Assembly (NCBI GenBank): GCA_903944135.1
Contig: CAJAQL010000005.1
Location: 1-49,465 of the forward strand
Length of the DNA: 49,465 nucleotides
From: an uncultured Parcubacteria group bacterium
GTDB taxonomy: Bacteria; Patescibacteriota; Minisyncoccia; UBA6257; 2-01-FULL-56-20
Direction: 5' to 3'
Shown: in pieces, positions 26,073 to 34,662 of the stretch
How the letters are laid out: each line of letters starts with the position of its first letter
Numbering within the stretch: the first letter of the stretch is position 1
Notes under the pieces: model-generated
What the model was told of the DNA's origin: nothing
The model's database searches: none
What the model saw: only the letters and a program-made list of their open reading frames with translations
Made by a program: the position numbers and the translations under genes

Positions 26073-26158
26073 CTGTCGTGATCCGCGGAGGCGGATCATC
26101 CGTGCTTTAAACAAAAGACAGGAAGCACGGATCCTCGGGCCAAGCCCAAGGATGACGG
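26073..26158. repeat. GC-rich palindromic repeat, type II
   Basis: CTGTCGTGATCCGCGGAGGCGGATCATCCGTGCTTT..GGAAGCACGGATCCTCGGGCCAAGCCCAAGGATGACGG. Confidence 0.85.
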
Positions 26159-26232
26159 AGAAAGAGAAATCTCTCGCAAAGTTTTAAATGACCCTGGGGC
26201 GGAATGACTTCGGGGTACTATAAAACCATTTA

Positions 26233-26241
26233 TGTTATACT
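26233..26241 (+). promoter_or_regulatory. extended -10 box 7 nt upstream of ATG 26249
   Basis: TGtTATACT, tcatctt, ATG. Confidence 0.45.
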
Positions 26242-26248
26242 TCATCTT

Positions 26249-26536
26249 ATGGATACCTTGATTCACGCCGATATTTTCTTTTTCGTGACGACGATTGCCG
26301 TGGTCATCATCACGATCGCCCTTACGGTCTTGATCGTTTATCTCGTGAAAGTTTTTCGGAATTTGCGGAAGATCACTGACGAGATCACGGAGGAAACAAT
26401 CCTTCTTCGAAAGGATATCGCCGATCTACGGAGTGAGATCCGTGAGCGGGGATCTCAGGCGGTGGGCGTCATGGACTGGTTTGGAAGGTTTTTTGGTAAA
26501 GCGAAGAAATCAAGGTCGAAAAAGAAATCTAATTAG
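26249..26536 (+). CDS. small membrane protein with a coiled-coil tail
   Basis: MDTLIHADIFFFVTTIAVVIITIALTVLIVYLV, then a charged helix. The ORF opens at 26204. Confidence 0.5.
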   Translation: MDTLIHADIFFFVTTIAVVIITIALTVLIVYLVKVFRNLRKITDEITEETILLRKDIADLRSEIRERGSQAVGVMDWFGRFFGKAKKSRSKKKSN

Positions 26537-26543
26537 CAAAATC

Positions 26544-26972
26544 ATGCCAATAAAGAAAAAAGCAACGATGCGTCATTCCGTGGAGGTCGGTACGGGTATT
26601 GCGGCGGGTATTGCAGGCGCGCTCGCTGGCGGATATCTTCTCTATAAGCGGACGAAGCCCCAGCAGAAGCAGGCGAAAGCGTGGGTCTTAAAGGCTCGCA
26701 AAGAGGCGGCCGTTGAGGCGAAAAAAGCGAAACTGATCGGCGAGAAGGAATATCATCGGATCGTCGAAAAAGCCATCAGGCATTATGGTGCGATGGAAAA
26801 AGTCGGCGCGCCGGAAATCGCTTCGGTCATTCGCGATGCGAAAGCAGAGTGGAAGCACATTGAGGCTGAGGCCAAGAAAGCGGCAAAATCAGCTCCGGTC
26901 ACAAAGAAAACCGTGAAGCGTCCGGCAAGGAAGGCGGTGAAAAAAACGACCAAGAAAGTCGTTCGAAAGTAA
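26544..26972 (+). CDS. Lys/Ala-rich membrane-anchored hypothetical protein
   Basis: Start at MPIKKK, one TM segment (GTGIAAGIAGALAGGYLLY), and a basic low-complexity tail. Confidence 0.5.
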   Translation: MPIKKKATMRHSVEVGTGIAAGIAGALAGGYLLYKRTKPQQKQAKAWVLKARKEAAVEAKKAKLIGEKEYHRIVEKAIRHYGAMEKVGAPEIASVIRDAKAEWKHIEAEAKKAAKSAPVTKKTVKRPARKAVKKTTKKVVRK

Positions 26973-26997
26973 GACGCAAAGCCTAAAATTTCTTTTG

Positions 26998-27026
26998 CAA
27001 AGAATCCCGCTGCGGCGGGATTTTTT
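26998..27026 (+). terminator. intrinsic terminator
   Basis: AATCCCGC tgcg GCGGGATT followed by a T run. Confidence 0.65.
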
Positions 27027-27055
27027 GTTGTAGCGATGGAAATGCCAAAGTTTTC

Positions 27056-27254
27056 TCTGTCATCCTCGATCTAGTCGAGGATCCGTGCTTTATAAAAATA
27101 TCGAAAGCACGGATGGTCCGTCTCCACGGACGATAACGGAAGAAAATATCATTATCCGCTTTGCGAACGAAACAAGCTTGGTCGATCATTCATCTCCGTG
27201 AAAACGGGAGATCTAGCATAAGAAACCTGGATCCCCGCCTGCGCGGGAACGACA
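27056..27254. repeat. repeat cluster (type II plus type I)
   Basis: CTGTCATCCTCGATCTAGTCGAGGATCCGTGCTTT..AAAGCACGGATGGTCCGTCTCCACGGACGATAACGG, then CATCTCCGTGAAAACGGGAGATC..CTGGATCCCCGCCTGCGCGGGAACGACAG. Confidence 0.85.
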
Positions 27255-27281
27255 GATTCTCAACTTTCGGAAACAGGGACG

Positions 27282-28559
27282 TTATTCGTATCTGAGCGCT
27301 TCAATGGGGCTTTTCTTTGCGGCTTGGCGTGCGGGATAGAGGCCGAAGGCGACACCGCAGGCGGTCGAAACAAGCACGGCGATCAGAACTGCCGAAAGCG
27401 GGAACTCGAATGTCCAGCCGCCGGCGACAACGTGCGAGAGAACGAGCCATGCGAGCGCGGTAACTGCGGCTCCGACCGCGATGCCGATAATGCCGCCGAG
27501 GAAGGTGAGCATGACGGACTCGATGAGAAATTGCTGGAGAATATCGCGATCGGTTGCACCGACGGCCTTCCTGAGGCCGATCTCGCGCGTGCGTTCGACG
27601 ACGGAGACGAGCATGATGTTCATGATGCCGATGCCGCCGACCACGAGCGAGATAGATGCGATCGCTGCGAGGAAAAGCGTAAGGACCGATGTGATGCTGC
27701 CGAGCAGTGAAAGAATATCCTGTTGGGTTTCGATCGTGAAGTCGTCCTTGCTTGATGTTGTGATGCCATGATCGTGTTCCAGCACGGATTCGATGCGTGA
27801 TTTTACGAACGAGATGTCATAGGAAGAATTGGCCGATGCGAAAACGTAATTGAAATAGGTGATGCCGAGCATCTGGCTTTGAGCGACCGTGATCGGAACG
27901 ATGACGAGGTCGTCCTGATTCACGCCGCCCACTCCCGTTCCCTTGGCGGGAAGGACGCCGACGACGCGGAAGCTTGTGTTCTTGAGCCGGATATCCTTTC
28001 CGACGGGATCCATGTTCTTGCCGAAGAGCGTGGTTGCGAGATCGGATCCAATGACCGCGACGTGGTTGAAGGCCGTTACGTCGGCGGCAGTGAAGGGATA
28101 TCCGTTTGCAATGGTGAAATTCCGAACGGGGAAGAAGTTGGCTGTCGTGCCTTGATAGGTGACCGTAAGATCGTTGTCGCCGTAGACCGCGTCGGCTTGG
28201 CCGCTTACGAGCGGAACGACGGCGTCAATGGACGGCTCGCGCGAGAGCGCGTCGACATCGTTCTGAACAAGGCTCGTGATGATGATGCCTTGGGATGCGG
28301 CGGGGGACTGGAAGCGGCCATTGTTGGTGCCGCCCGGAATGATGAAAATGAGATTAGAACCAATACCCTGCACCTGGCCCAGAATGTAGTCCTGCGCCGA
28401 TTGGCCGATCGACATCAGAATGATGACCGAGGCGATGCCGATCACGATACCAAGCATGGTGAGCGCGGAGCGCATTTTGCCGTGCTGAAGGCTGTCGACC
28501 GCCGAATGGAATGAATCTTTGACGCGCATGATATATAGGTATTCGTTTCTTTTTGTCAT
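27282..28559 (-). CDS. ABC transporter permease, MacB/FtsX family
   Basis: MacB-type periplasmic domain between TM1 and TM2, and a C-terminal FtsX module with ERTREIGLRKAVGA. An alternative start is at 28529 (MRVKDSF). Confidence 0.85.
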   Translation of the reverse strand: MTKRNEYLYIMRVKDSFHSAVDSLQHGKMRSALTMLGIVIGIASVIILMSIGQSAQDYILGQVQGIGSNLIFIIPGGTNNGRFQSPAASQGIIITSLVQNDVDALSREPSIDAVVPLVSGQADAVYGDNDLTVTYQGTTANFFPVRNFTIANGYPFTAADVTAFNHVAVIGSDLATTLFGKNMDPVGKDIRLKNTSFRVVGVLPAKGTGVGGVNQDDLVIVPITVAQSQMLGITYFNYVFASANSSYDISFVKSRIESVLEHDHGITTSSKDDFTIETQQDILSLLGSITSVLTLFLAAIASISLVVGGIGIMNIMLVSVVERTREIGLRKAVGATDRDILQQFLIESVMLTFLGGIIGIAVGAAVTALAWLVLSHVVAGGWTFEFPLSAVLIAVLVSTACGVAFGLYPARQAAKKSPIEALRYE

Positions 28560-28638
28560 GGTCCCGGAAGCGGGACCATCCGTGCTTCAATTCTTCTTGA
28601 TTTCAAAAAGCACGGATTCCCGCCTGCGCGGGGATGAC
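28554..28638. repeat. GC-rich palindromic repeat, type II, overlapping the annotated start codon
   Basis: TGTCATGGTCCCGGAAGCGGGACCATCCGTGCTTC..AAAAAGCACGGATTCCCGCCTGCGCGGGGATGACC. Confidence 0.85.
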
Positions 28639-28672
28639 CATTTTCATTTTGAATACGTTAAAAGGAAAATGG

Positions 28673-29401
28673 TCATTTGAAGAATTCTTCTTTCGACTTT
28701 CTTTGTTTTATGACCGGCGTATCGCTTTCAATGAGGCCGTCTTTCATGCGGATAATGCGGTTTGCGAACTCCGCAGTATAGGTTTCGTGCGTTACGAGTA
28801 TGATCGTATGTCCTTGCTTGTTCAGATCGTCGAGGATGCCAATGACCTGCGCTCCTGACTTGGAATCGAGGTTGCCGGTCGGTTCGTCGGCAAAGATGAC
28901 GTTCGGATTGTTCACGAGCGCACGGGCGATCGCGACCCGCTGTTTTTGTCCGCCTGACAGGCGTCCGGCTTCGCTCTGTATTTTTTCACCGAGGTCGACG
29001 GAACGGATCGCGTCCTCGATCATTTTCTTTCGCGCGCTGGCGGGTACGCTGTCGTTGTAGAGCAGGGGAATCTCGACATTCTCGTATACCGTAAGCCGCG
29101 AGAGAAGATTGAAAGCCTGAAAGACGAATCCCATCTCCTTGTTCCGCATGTGGGCGAGCTCTTGGTCGGACATATCGTCAATGCTCTTTCCGAAAAAGGA
29201 ATAATTGCCGCCGGTCGGGCGATCGAGGAAGCTGAGGATCTGAAGCAGGGTTGATTTGCCGGAACCCGAGGGGCCGATGATGGAGACAAAATCACCCTTA
29301 TCAATACTGAAAGAAACGCCGCGGATCGCCGACGTGACGTTATCGTCGTCGATATAATCTTTTTTAAGCTCTTTGACGTCGATCATGGGATTTTTTGTCA
29401 T
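28673..29401 (-). CDS. ABC transporter ATP-binding protein (MacB/LolD-like)
   Basis: Walker A GPSGSGKST, signature LSGGQKQRVAIARAL, Walker B VIFADEPT. An alternative start is at 29386 (MIDVKEL). Confidence 0.9.
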   Translation of the reverse strand: MTKNPMIDVKELKKDYIDDDNVTSAIRGVSFSIDKGDFVSIIGPSGSGKSTLLQILSFLDRPTGGNYSFFGKSIDDMSDQELAHMRNKEMGFVFQAFNLLSRLTVYENVEIPLLYNDSVPASARKKMIEDAIRSVDLGEKIQSEAGRLSGGQKQRVAIARALVNNPNVIFADEPTGNLDSKSGAQVIGILDDLNKQGHTIILVTHETYTAEFANRIIRMKDGLIESDTPVIKQRKSKEEFFK

Positions 29402-29486
29402 GGTCCCGGAAGCGGGACCATCCGTGCTTCAATTCTTCTTGATTTTATTTTGAAAGCACTGGTTCCCCGCCTGCGCGGGGATGACA
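29396..29486. repeat. GC-rich palindromic repeat, type II, overlapping the annotated start codon
   Basis: TGTCATGGTCCCGGAAGCGGGACCATCCGTGCTTC..GAAAGCACTGGTTCCCCGCCTGCGCGGGGATGACA. Confidence 0.85.
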
Positions 29487-29506
29487 ATAAAATTGCTATT
29501 TTATTG

Positions 29507-31066
29507 TCATTTCAACCCGATGTTTATCACCTGTTCTCCTTCGGTCGTTCCTGAAGCTATTTCAACGTTGCCGTTCTCGTCCGAGATGCCGAGCGTCACG
29601 GGTTGTTGAACCGTGGTGTTGTTGACAAGGGTTTCCACGAATGCGCCGTTGTCGTTCTGGATGATGGCGTATTGCGGCAGGATCAGGACGTTGTCTTTTT
29701 CCTGCGTCGCAATGCTGAGGTTCGCCGTGAGGCCGCTTTTCATGCGCGGGTCGTTCTTCGCGAACGCCACCTTTACCTGATAATCCACGACGCCGGAAAT
29801 GATCGTCTGCGCAGAGTCAATATAGAAGACTTTCCCGGAGAATGTTTCATTCGGAAACGCGTCAAAGGTCATGGACACGACATCTCCCGTGGATATTTTT
29901 CCGATATCGACCTCCGGAACATCAGCGTCGACTTCGAGAGAGTTGCTCACGATGAGCGATGTGACTGGAACTCCGGGCGAAGCGATCGCTCCCGGTTTTG
30001 CGTTCTGCATCGTAACGATGCCGCTCATGGGCGCAACGAGCGATGCTTTGTCTATTTTTACCTGGATCGCCTGCTCGCTGGCTTGCGCTTGTTCGACTTG
30101 CGCCGTCTGTGCGTCAATGTCTTGTTTTGTCGAACTGGCGCGCGTGAGGTTGAGCTGGGCTTCAGCCTGCGCAACGGCGACTTTCTCGGAATCGATCTGC
30201 TGTTGGATCGTACTGATGGATGAGATCGCGGTATTCACTTCATTGAGGGCGGTGGTTATGTCGTTCTTGTAGGCTGCCGTCGTAACGCTCGGAAGTGATG
30301 TGTCGTTTGCGATGGCATTCGAGGAATCAATGATGAGATTCTTGATGACGGCAAGGCGCGAGGTTGCGCTCGATAATGACGAGTCGATCGTTGAGGACGT
30401 CGTTTGACCGCCATTTATCTTCTGCAGATCGGTTTGCCATGCCGTGAGACTGGTTCCGGCAGAGATGCGCTCAAAGGCTACGTCGTTTGCGATCTGAGAA
30501 TCGTTGATCGAAAAGGTGAGTTGGGGATTGTTGGTGTTGGCATTGCTGAAGAACGGCGCAAGCTGGTTCGTGACGGCGTCGTTTGCGCTGGTATAGGCGC
30601 TTGCGAGCGTGTTCGGCGCGCCCGTATAGGAATTTTCGAGGGTTTGCTCGGCGGCCTGCAGGGCGGTTTGCGAAACAGCGATGTTCTCGGGCGTCGCTCC
30701 CGCTTGGAGCTTTTCGAGCGCCGCAGTCTCCGAATCGACGTTCGCCTGAGCTTCCGCGAGCTGGGCTGCGAGATCCTGCGTATCAAGTCGTGCGATGATA
30801 TCACCGGTATTTACCCGATCCCCCTCATTATAATAGACCTGCGCAATGGTGCCGCCATTCTCAAAAGCAAGATCGACGCTGCGAGTCGTCGTGACATTTC
30901 CGGTCACGCTGACGACCTCCGTGATCGAGCCGCGCTTTACCGCGACGAATTGATAGGTTGTCTTATGTGAGCGTGCAATGAAAAACCATGCGCCGCCCCC
31001 GATGAGGATGATAAGGATCACGATGCCGATTTTCGATTTAAAAAACCCCGCAGTTTTTTTGAGCAT
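29507..31066 (-). CDS. HlyD/MacA-family periplasmic adaptor (membrane fusion protein) with a long coiled-coil insert
   Basis: N-terminal TM, biotinyl-lipoyl-like GDRVNTGDIIARLD, a long Ala/Gln coiled coil, and a beta-barrel ending APMSGIVT. Confidence 0.8.
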   Translation of the reverse strand: MLKKTAGFFKSKIGIVILIILIGGGAWFFIARSHKTTYQFVAVKRGSITEVVSVTGNVTTTRSVDLAFENGGTIAQVYYNEGDRVNTGDIIARLDTQDLAAQLAEAQANVDSETAALEKLQAGATPENIAVSQTALQAAEQTLENSYTGAPNTLASAYTSANDAVTNQLAPFFSNANTNNPQLTFSINDSQIANDVAFERISAGTSLTAWQTDLQKINGGQTTSSTIDSSLSSATSRLAVIKNLIIDSSNAIANDTSLPSVTTAAYKNDITTALNEVNTAISSISTIQQQIDSEKVAVAQAEAQLNLTRASSTKQDIDAQTAQVEQAQASEQAIQVKIDKASLVAPMSGIVTMQNAKPGAIASPGVPVTSLIVSNSLEVDADVPEVDIGKISTGDVVSMTFDAFPNETFSGKVFYIDSAQTIISGVVDYQVKVAFAKNDPRMKSGLTANLSIATQEKDNVLILPQYAIIQNDNGAFVETLVNNTTVQQPVTLGISDENGNVEIASGTTEGEQVINIGLK

Positions 31067-31078
31067 GTTTTTATAATA

Positions 31079-31321
31079 TTATTTCGGCGCTTTCTTCATG
31101 AGTTTTCTTACGGATGCAAGATGTTTCATGAGATGGGATGCCATCGCTTCGAGCCGGGATGCCTTCATGATCATGATCGTATCATCGTGCGCGCTCATAA
31201 CGATGAGCTTTTCGCCTTTCATGAGCTTCATGGCGGCGCGTGCCTCTGCGGGGATGACGATCTGTCCCTTTTCGCCGACGGTCGCTATGCCGATGAATTT
31301 TTTCCGGCTTGACTTGTTCAT
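31079..31321 (-). CDS. AbrB/MazE/SpoVT-family DNA-binding protein
   Basis: ATVGEKGQIVIPAEARAAMKLMKGEKLIVM (SpoVT-AbrB swapped-hairpin motif). It is the first gene of the pump operon. Confidence 0.7.
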   Translation of the reverse strand: MNKSSRKKFIGIATVGEKGQIVIPAEARAAMKLMKGEKLIVMSAHDDTIMIMKASRLEAMASHLMKHLASVRKLMKKAPK

Positions 31322-31400
31322 GCTCAAACGATACCATAATGACAAAGGAATATCCAACAAGTAGGAAAAGTAGGAAAAGGAAATCTTGGTGATGTTCTTG

Positions 31401-31492
31401 TTGTTATCCCGTGCGTTGACACGGGATCCAGAAAAAAGCAGTCCTGGATCCCTGCCGGAGCCTGTACCCGCGCAGGCGGGCGCCGGAACGGC
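31401..31492. repeat. degenerate type I repeat
   Basis: TTGTTATCCCGTGCGTTGACACGGGATCCAG..CTGGATCCCTGCC..CCCGCGCAGGCGGGCGCC. Confidence 0.7.
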
Positions 31493-31508
31493 AAAACATT
31501 AATTATCC

Positions 31509-32306
31509 ATGTCATCTATTATCGAGGTCAAGCATTTGGTGAAAAAGTTCGGCGATCTCGCGGCCGTGGACGATATTTCGTTCGATGTCGCGAAAGGAGA
31601 AATCTTTGCGTTCCTCGGACCGAACGGCGCGGGCAAGACGACGACGATCAAGATGCTTACCACGCTGCTTGTTCCGACGAGCGGAGAAATACTTCTCGAC
31701 GGGCATAATCCGGCGCACGATCAAAGCGGCGCACGGAGATCGTTCGGGATCGTTTTCCAGGATCCGAGCCTTGATGACGAGCTGACGGCGCTCGAAAACA
31801 TGGAATTTCATGCGGTACTGTACAGCGTTCCGAAGAACGTGCGCGGCCAACGCATCGAAGAGCTGATGAATTTTGTGGAGCTTTGGGACCGGAAGGACAG
31901 TCTGGTCAAGGAATTTTCCGGCGGCATGAAACGGCGCCTCGAGATCGCGCGCGGTCTCCTGCATCATCCGAAGATATTGTTCCTTGATGAACCGACGACC
32001 GGCCTTGATCCGCAGACGCGGAATCATGTGTGGAGCTATATCAAAAATCTCAATGAAAAAGAACAGATCACGGTGTTTTTCACGACCCACTATATAGAGG
32101 AAGCCGACCGTTCGGCTTCGCGGGTTGCCGTGATGGACCATGGCAAGATCGTCGCGGGCGGAACGCCTGACGAACTCAAGAAGCAGACCGGTACGGAATT
32201 ATTGGAGGATGCATTCATTAAATTGACGGGATATGACCTCCGGAAAGAGTCGGCCGGAGGGACGGATCATATGCGCACCCGCTCGAGGGCGTGGGGGAGA
32301 AGATAA
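31509..32306 (+). CDS. ABC transporter ATP-binding protein (ABC-2/DrrA type)
   Basis: GPNGAGKTTT, FSGGMKRRLEIARGL, ILFLDEPTTGLD. Confidence 0.9.
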   Translation: MSSIIEVKHLVKKFGDLAAVDDISFDVAKGEIFAFLGPNGAGKTTTIKMLTTLLVPTSGEILLDGHNPAHDQSGARRSFGIVFQDPSLDDELTALENMEFHAVLYSVPKNVRGQRIEELMNFVELWDRKDSLVKEFSGGMKRRLEIARGLLHHPKILFLDEPTTGLDPQTRNHVWSYIKNLNEKEQITVFFTTHYIEEADRSASRVAVMDHGKIVAGGTPDELKKQTGTELLEDAFIKLTGYDLRKESAGGTDHMRTRSRAWGRR

Positions 32307-32381
32307 ACAGGGAGAACGAATAAAAAATCAGCGAATGGATTTTTATTATTCCTTCTCCATCTCCATTATTCATCAATAATC

Positions 32382-33128
32382 ATGTCAGCTATTTATATTC
32401 TTTGGCTCCGTCAGTTAAAAAGATATTTTCGTTCGAGGGCGCGTATGATAGGCTCTCTTGGTCAGCCGGTCATGTTCCTTATCGCGCTCGGATTTGGATT
32501 CGGGCCTATCTTCGAAAAAGCCGGCGGCGGTGATTATATCCAGTTCCTTGCGCCGGGCGTGATCGCCATGGGGATTCTCTTTACGGCGATGTTCATGGGC
32601 ATCGAGATCATTTGGGACAAGCAATTCGGATTCTTGAAGGAAACGCTTGTCGCTCCCGTTTCGCGCATGTCGATCATGATCGGCCGGACGCTCGGCGGCG
32701 CGACCGTCGCTCTGGCGCAGGGCGTCATTGTCTTCCTTATTGCTTGGGCAATCGGATTCCGTCCGAGCTTCGCCATGATCTTCGTGGCGTTCATCTTTAT
32801 GTTTCTGATCGCTATGCTTTTTACGGGAATCGGAACGGCGATCGCGTCGGTCATGGACGATATGCAGGGATTCCCGCTTGTTACGAATTTTCTCGTCATG
32901 CCGCTTTTTTTCCTGTCGGGATCGCTTTTCCCTCTTGCGGGCTTGCCGCCCGCCATCGAGGTCATTGCCCGGCTTGATCCATTGTCTTATGGCATTGACG
33001 GGCTCCGCGGGGCGCTCGTGCCCGGTTCGATCCATTTTGGATTCCTTTTTGATTTCGGCGTGCTCGGCGTCATAACGCTCATCGTTTTGGGCATTGGCGC
33101 ATATCTATTCTCGAAAATCGAGATATAG
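32382..33128 (+). CDS. ABC-2 type transporter permease
   Basis: Six hydrophobic segments. N-terminus YILWLRQLKRYFRSRARMIGSL is typical of ABC-2 permeases. Confidence 0.85.
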   Translation: MSAIYILWLRQLKRYFRSRARMIGSLGQPVMFLIALGFGFGPIFEKAGGGDYIQFLAPGVIAMGILFTAMFMGIEIIWDKQFGFLKETLVAPVSRMSIMIGRTLGGATVALAQGVIVFLIAWAIGFRPSFAMIFVAFIFMFLIAMLFTGIGTAIASVMDDMQGFPLVTNFLVMPLFFLSGSLFPLAGLPPAIEVIARLDPLSYGIDGLRGALVPGSIHFGFLFDFGVLGVITLIVLGIGAYLFSKIEI

Positions 33129-33130
33129 TT

Positions 33131-33365
33131 GGTCCTATCTCAAAAATATCCATCCGGCTCTTGCGGTCCCTTTCGGCTGCAAACCGAGATTCCTCATTTT
33201 GAGCCTATCCCTGCGCAGGCGAGGAGAAGTTCTCGGTTTTCGCTCGACCGTTGGAAGTGAAGCGAAAAATGAAAGGTTTTCTGTTCATTTTTTTGAGCGA
33301 ACCAACGGATGGTTTTCCATTAAAGTCCTCGTGATATCCGGATGCCTGTTTTTGAGATAGGGCTC
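33131..33365. repeat. MITE-like element bounded by CCTATCTCAAAAA / TTTTTGAGATAGG inverted termini
   Basis: GGTCCTATCTCAAAAATATCCATCCGGC (33131-33158) and GATATCCGGATGCCTGTTTTTGAGATAGGGCTC (33333-33365) flank about 175 nt of non-coding sequence. Confidence 0.5.
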
Positions 33366-33462
33366 ATGATCCGGAAGTTCCTCCTCCAGAATAGGCAAGT
33401 TGTCAGACCATTGCGTTTTTCTGTTTTTCTGGCATAATAAAAGCATCTCTTATTGATGCCCC

Positions 33463-33491
33463 TTGCGTATTTTTTAGGTATAGTGTACAAT
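33463..33491 (+). promoter_or_regulatory. sigma70-type promoter of the 33522 gene
   Basis: TTGCGT, 17 nt, TACAAT. This one leaves a leader of about 24 nt. Confidence 0.5.
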
Positions 33492-33521
33492 ATATTCACA
33501 TAATCAATCACATTTTAACCA

Positions 33522-34556
33522 ATGGCAACATTTTCAAAGATCATCACGAATGCGCTTGCAGGATTGAGTCCGCGACAGCGGGACGTGATCGTGGGGCGCT
33601 TCGGTCTCGAGGGAGATAAAGAAGGAGAGACTTTGGCTACGATCGGAAACCGGCTTCATATCACGCGGGAGCGTGTTCGGCAGATCGAAAATGGCGCCAT
33701 GGCTACAGTCGCAAAGAACGTCAAAGATCATGGCGAAACCGTGGCATTGATCGCGAAGGTCAAGGGTTATATCGCGGGGAAAGGCGGCATTGCGGGAAAA
33801 GATGACGTTGCGGCATATGCGGCAACGCTCGCAAAAGGAGCCAATGTTGCACAACTCGATTTTCTATCGGAAGCTTCGGGATCTTTCTTGGAGCGCCATG
33901 AGGACGAGGATTTTTCCCCGATCTACATGAGTGGCGACAAAGAGTGGAAGGCGGCGAAATCCTTTATCGAAAAATGGGTAGGATCGCTTCGTTCGCGTCG
34001 AGGACAGGTTTTTGAGGGATCTTATCGCACCGAACTTGCGAGTTTTACGAAAGAGAACGCCGTGCTGTCCACGACGGCTGAAAATTACCTTAGCCTTACG
34101 AAACGTATCGGAAAGAATCCTTATGGAGATGAAGGGCTTTCGGATTGGGCGGAGATCAGCCCGAAGACCGTGCGCGATAAGATCTATCTGGTACTTAAGA
34201 AAAATGGCGAGCCGCTTCATTTTGAGAGCATCGCCCGCCGCATCAATGACGTGAAGTTCGATGACAGCCGGAAGGCCTTGGGTCCCACGGTTCATAATGA
34301 ACTTATTAAAGATGACCGGTTCGTTTTGGTCGGCCGCGGTATGTATGGTCTTCGGGAACATGGTTATGAACCGGGAATCGCGCGCGAGGTGATCGCGAGA
34401 GTACTGAAGGAAAAGGGACCGTTGCTTGCGAAAGATGTCGTGAGCCACGTAACGAAGCAGCGTTTCTTCAAGGCGAACACCGTAGTCATCAATTTGCAGA
34501 ACAAGGCTTTATTCGAACATTTGCCGGACGGCAGATATCGCGTGAGGGAATCATAA
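33522..34556 (+). CDS. sigma-70 region 4-like HTH protein with a C-terminal HARE-HTH domain
   Basis: LSPRQRDVIVGRFGLEG...TLATIGNRLHITRERVRQIENGAM (region 4). C-terminal IYLVLKKNGEPLHFESIARRI...FVLVGRGMYGLREHGY is HARE-HTH-like. Confidence 0.65.
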   Translation: MATFSKIITNALAGLSPRQRDVIVGRFGLEGDKEGETLATIGNRLHITRERVRQIENGAMATVAKNVKDHGETVALIAKVKGYIAGKGGIAGKDDVAAYAATLAKGANVAQLDFLSEASGSFLERHEDEDFSPIYMSGDKEWKAAKSFIEKWVGSLRSRRGQVFEGSYRTELASFTKENAVLSTTAENYLSLTKRIGKNPYGDEGLSDWAEISPKTVRDKIYLVLKKNGEPLHFESIARRINDVKFDDSRKALGPTVHNELIKDDRFVLVGRGMYGLREHGYEPGIAREVIARVLKEKGPLLAKDVVSHVTKQRFFKANTVVINLQNKALFEHLPDGRYRVRES

Positions 34557-34570
34557 AAAGGATCTTTTTT

Positions 34571-34639
34571 CTGTTGCCCCGTTGGAAAACGGGGCAACAG
34601 ATTTTTTCTGGATTCCGTGTCGGAACACGGAACGGCAAG
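34571..34639. repeat. hairpin units of the repeat family
   Basis: CTGTTGCCCCGTTGGAAAACGGGGCAACAG and CTGGATTCCGTGTCGGAACACGGAACGGCAAG. Confidence 0.65.
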
Positions 34640-34647
34640 GCGTTTCG

Positions 34648-34656
34648 TGCTACAAT
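34648..34656 (+). promoter_or_regulatory. extended -10 box 6 nt upstream of ATG 34663
   Basis: TGcTACAAT, aaccat, ATG. Confidence 0.5.
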
Positions 34657-34662
34657 AACCAT

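Noticed and set aside
31079-31321. The AbrB/MazE-fold protein as an antitoxin of a toxin-antitoxin pair
   Set aside because: There is no adjacent small toxin ORF. The downstream genes are the MacA/MacB-like pump, so it is more likely an operon regulator.
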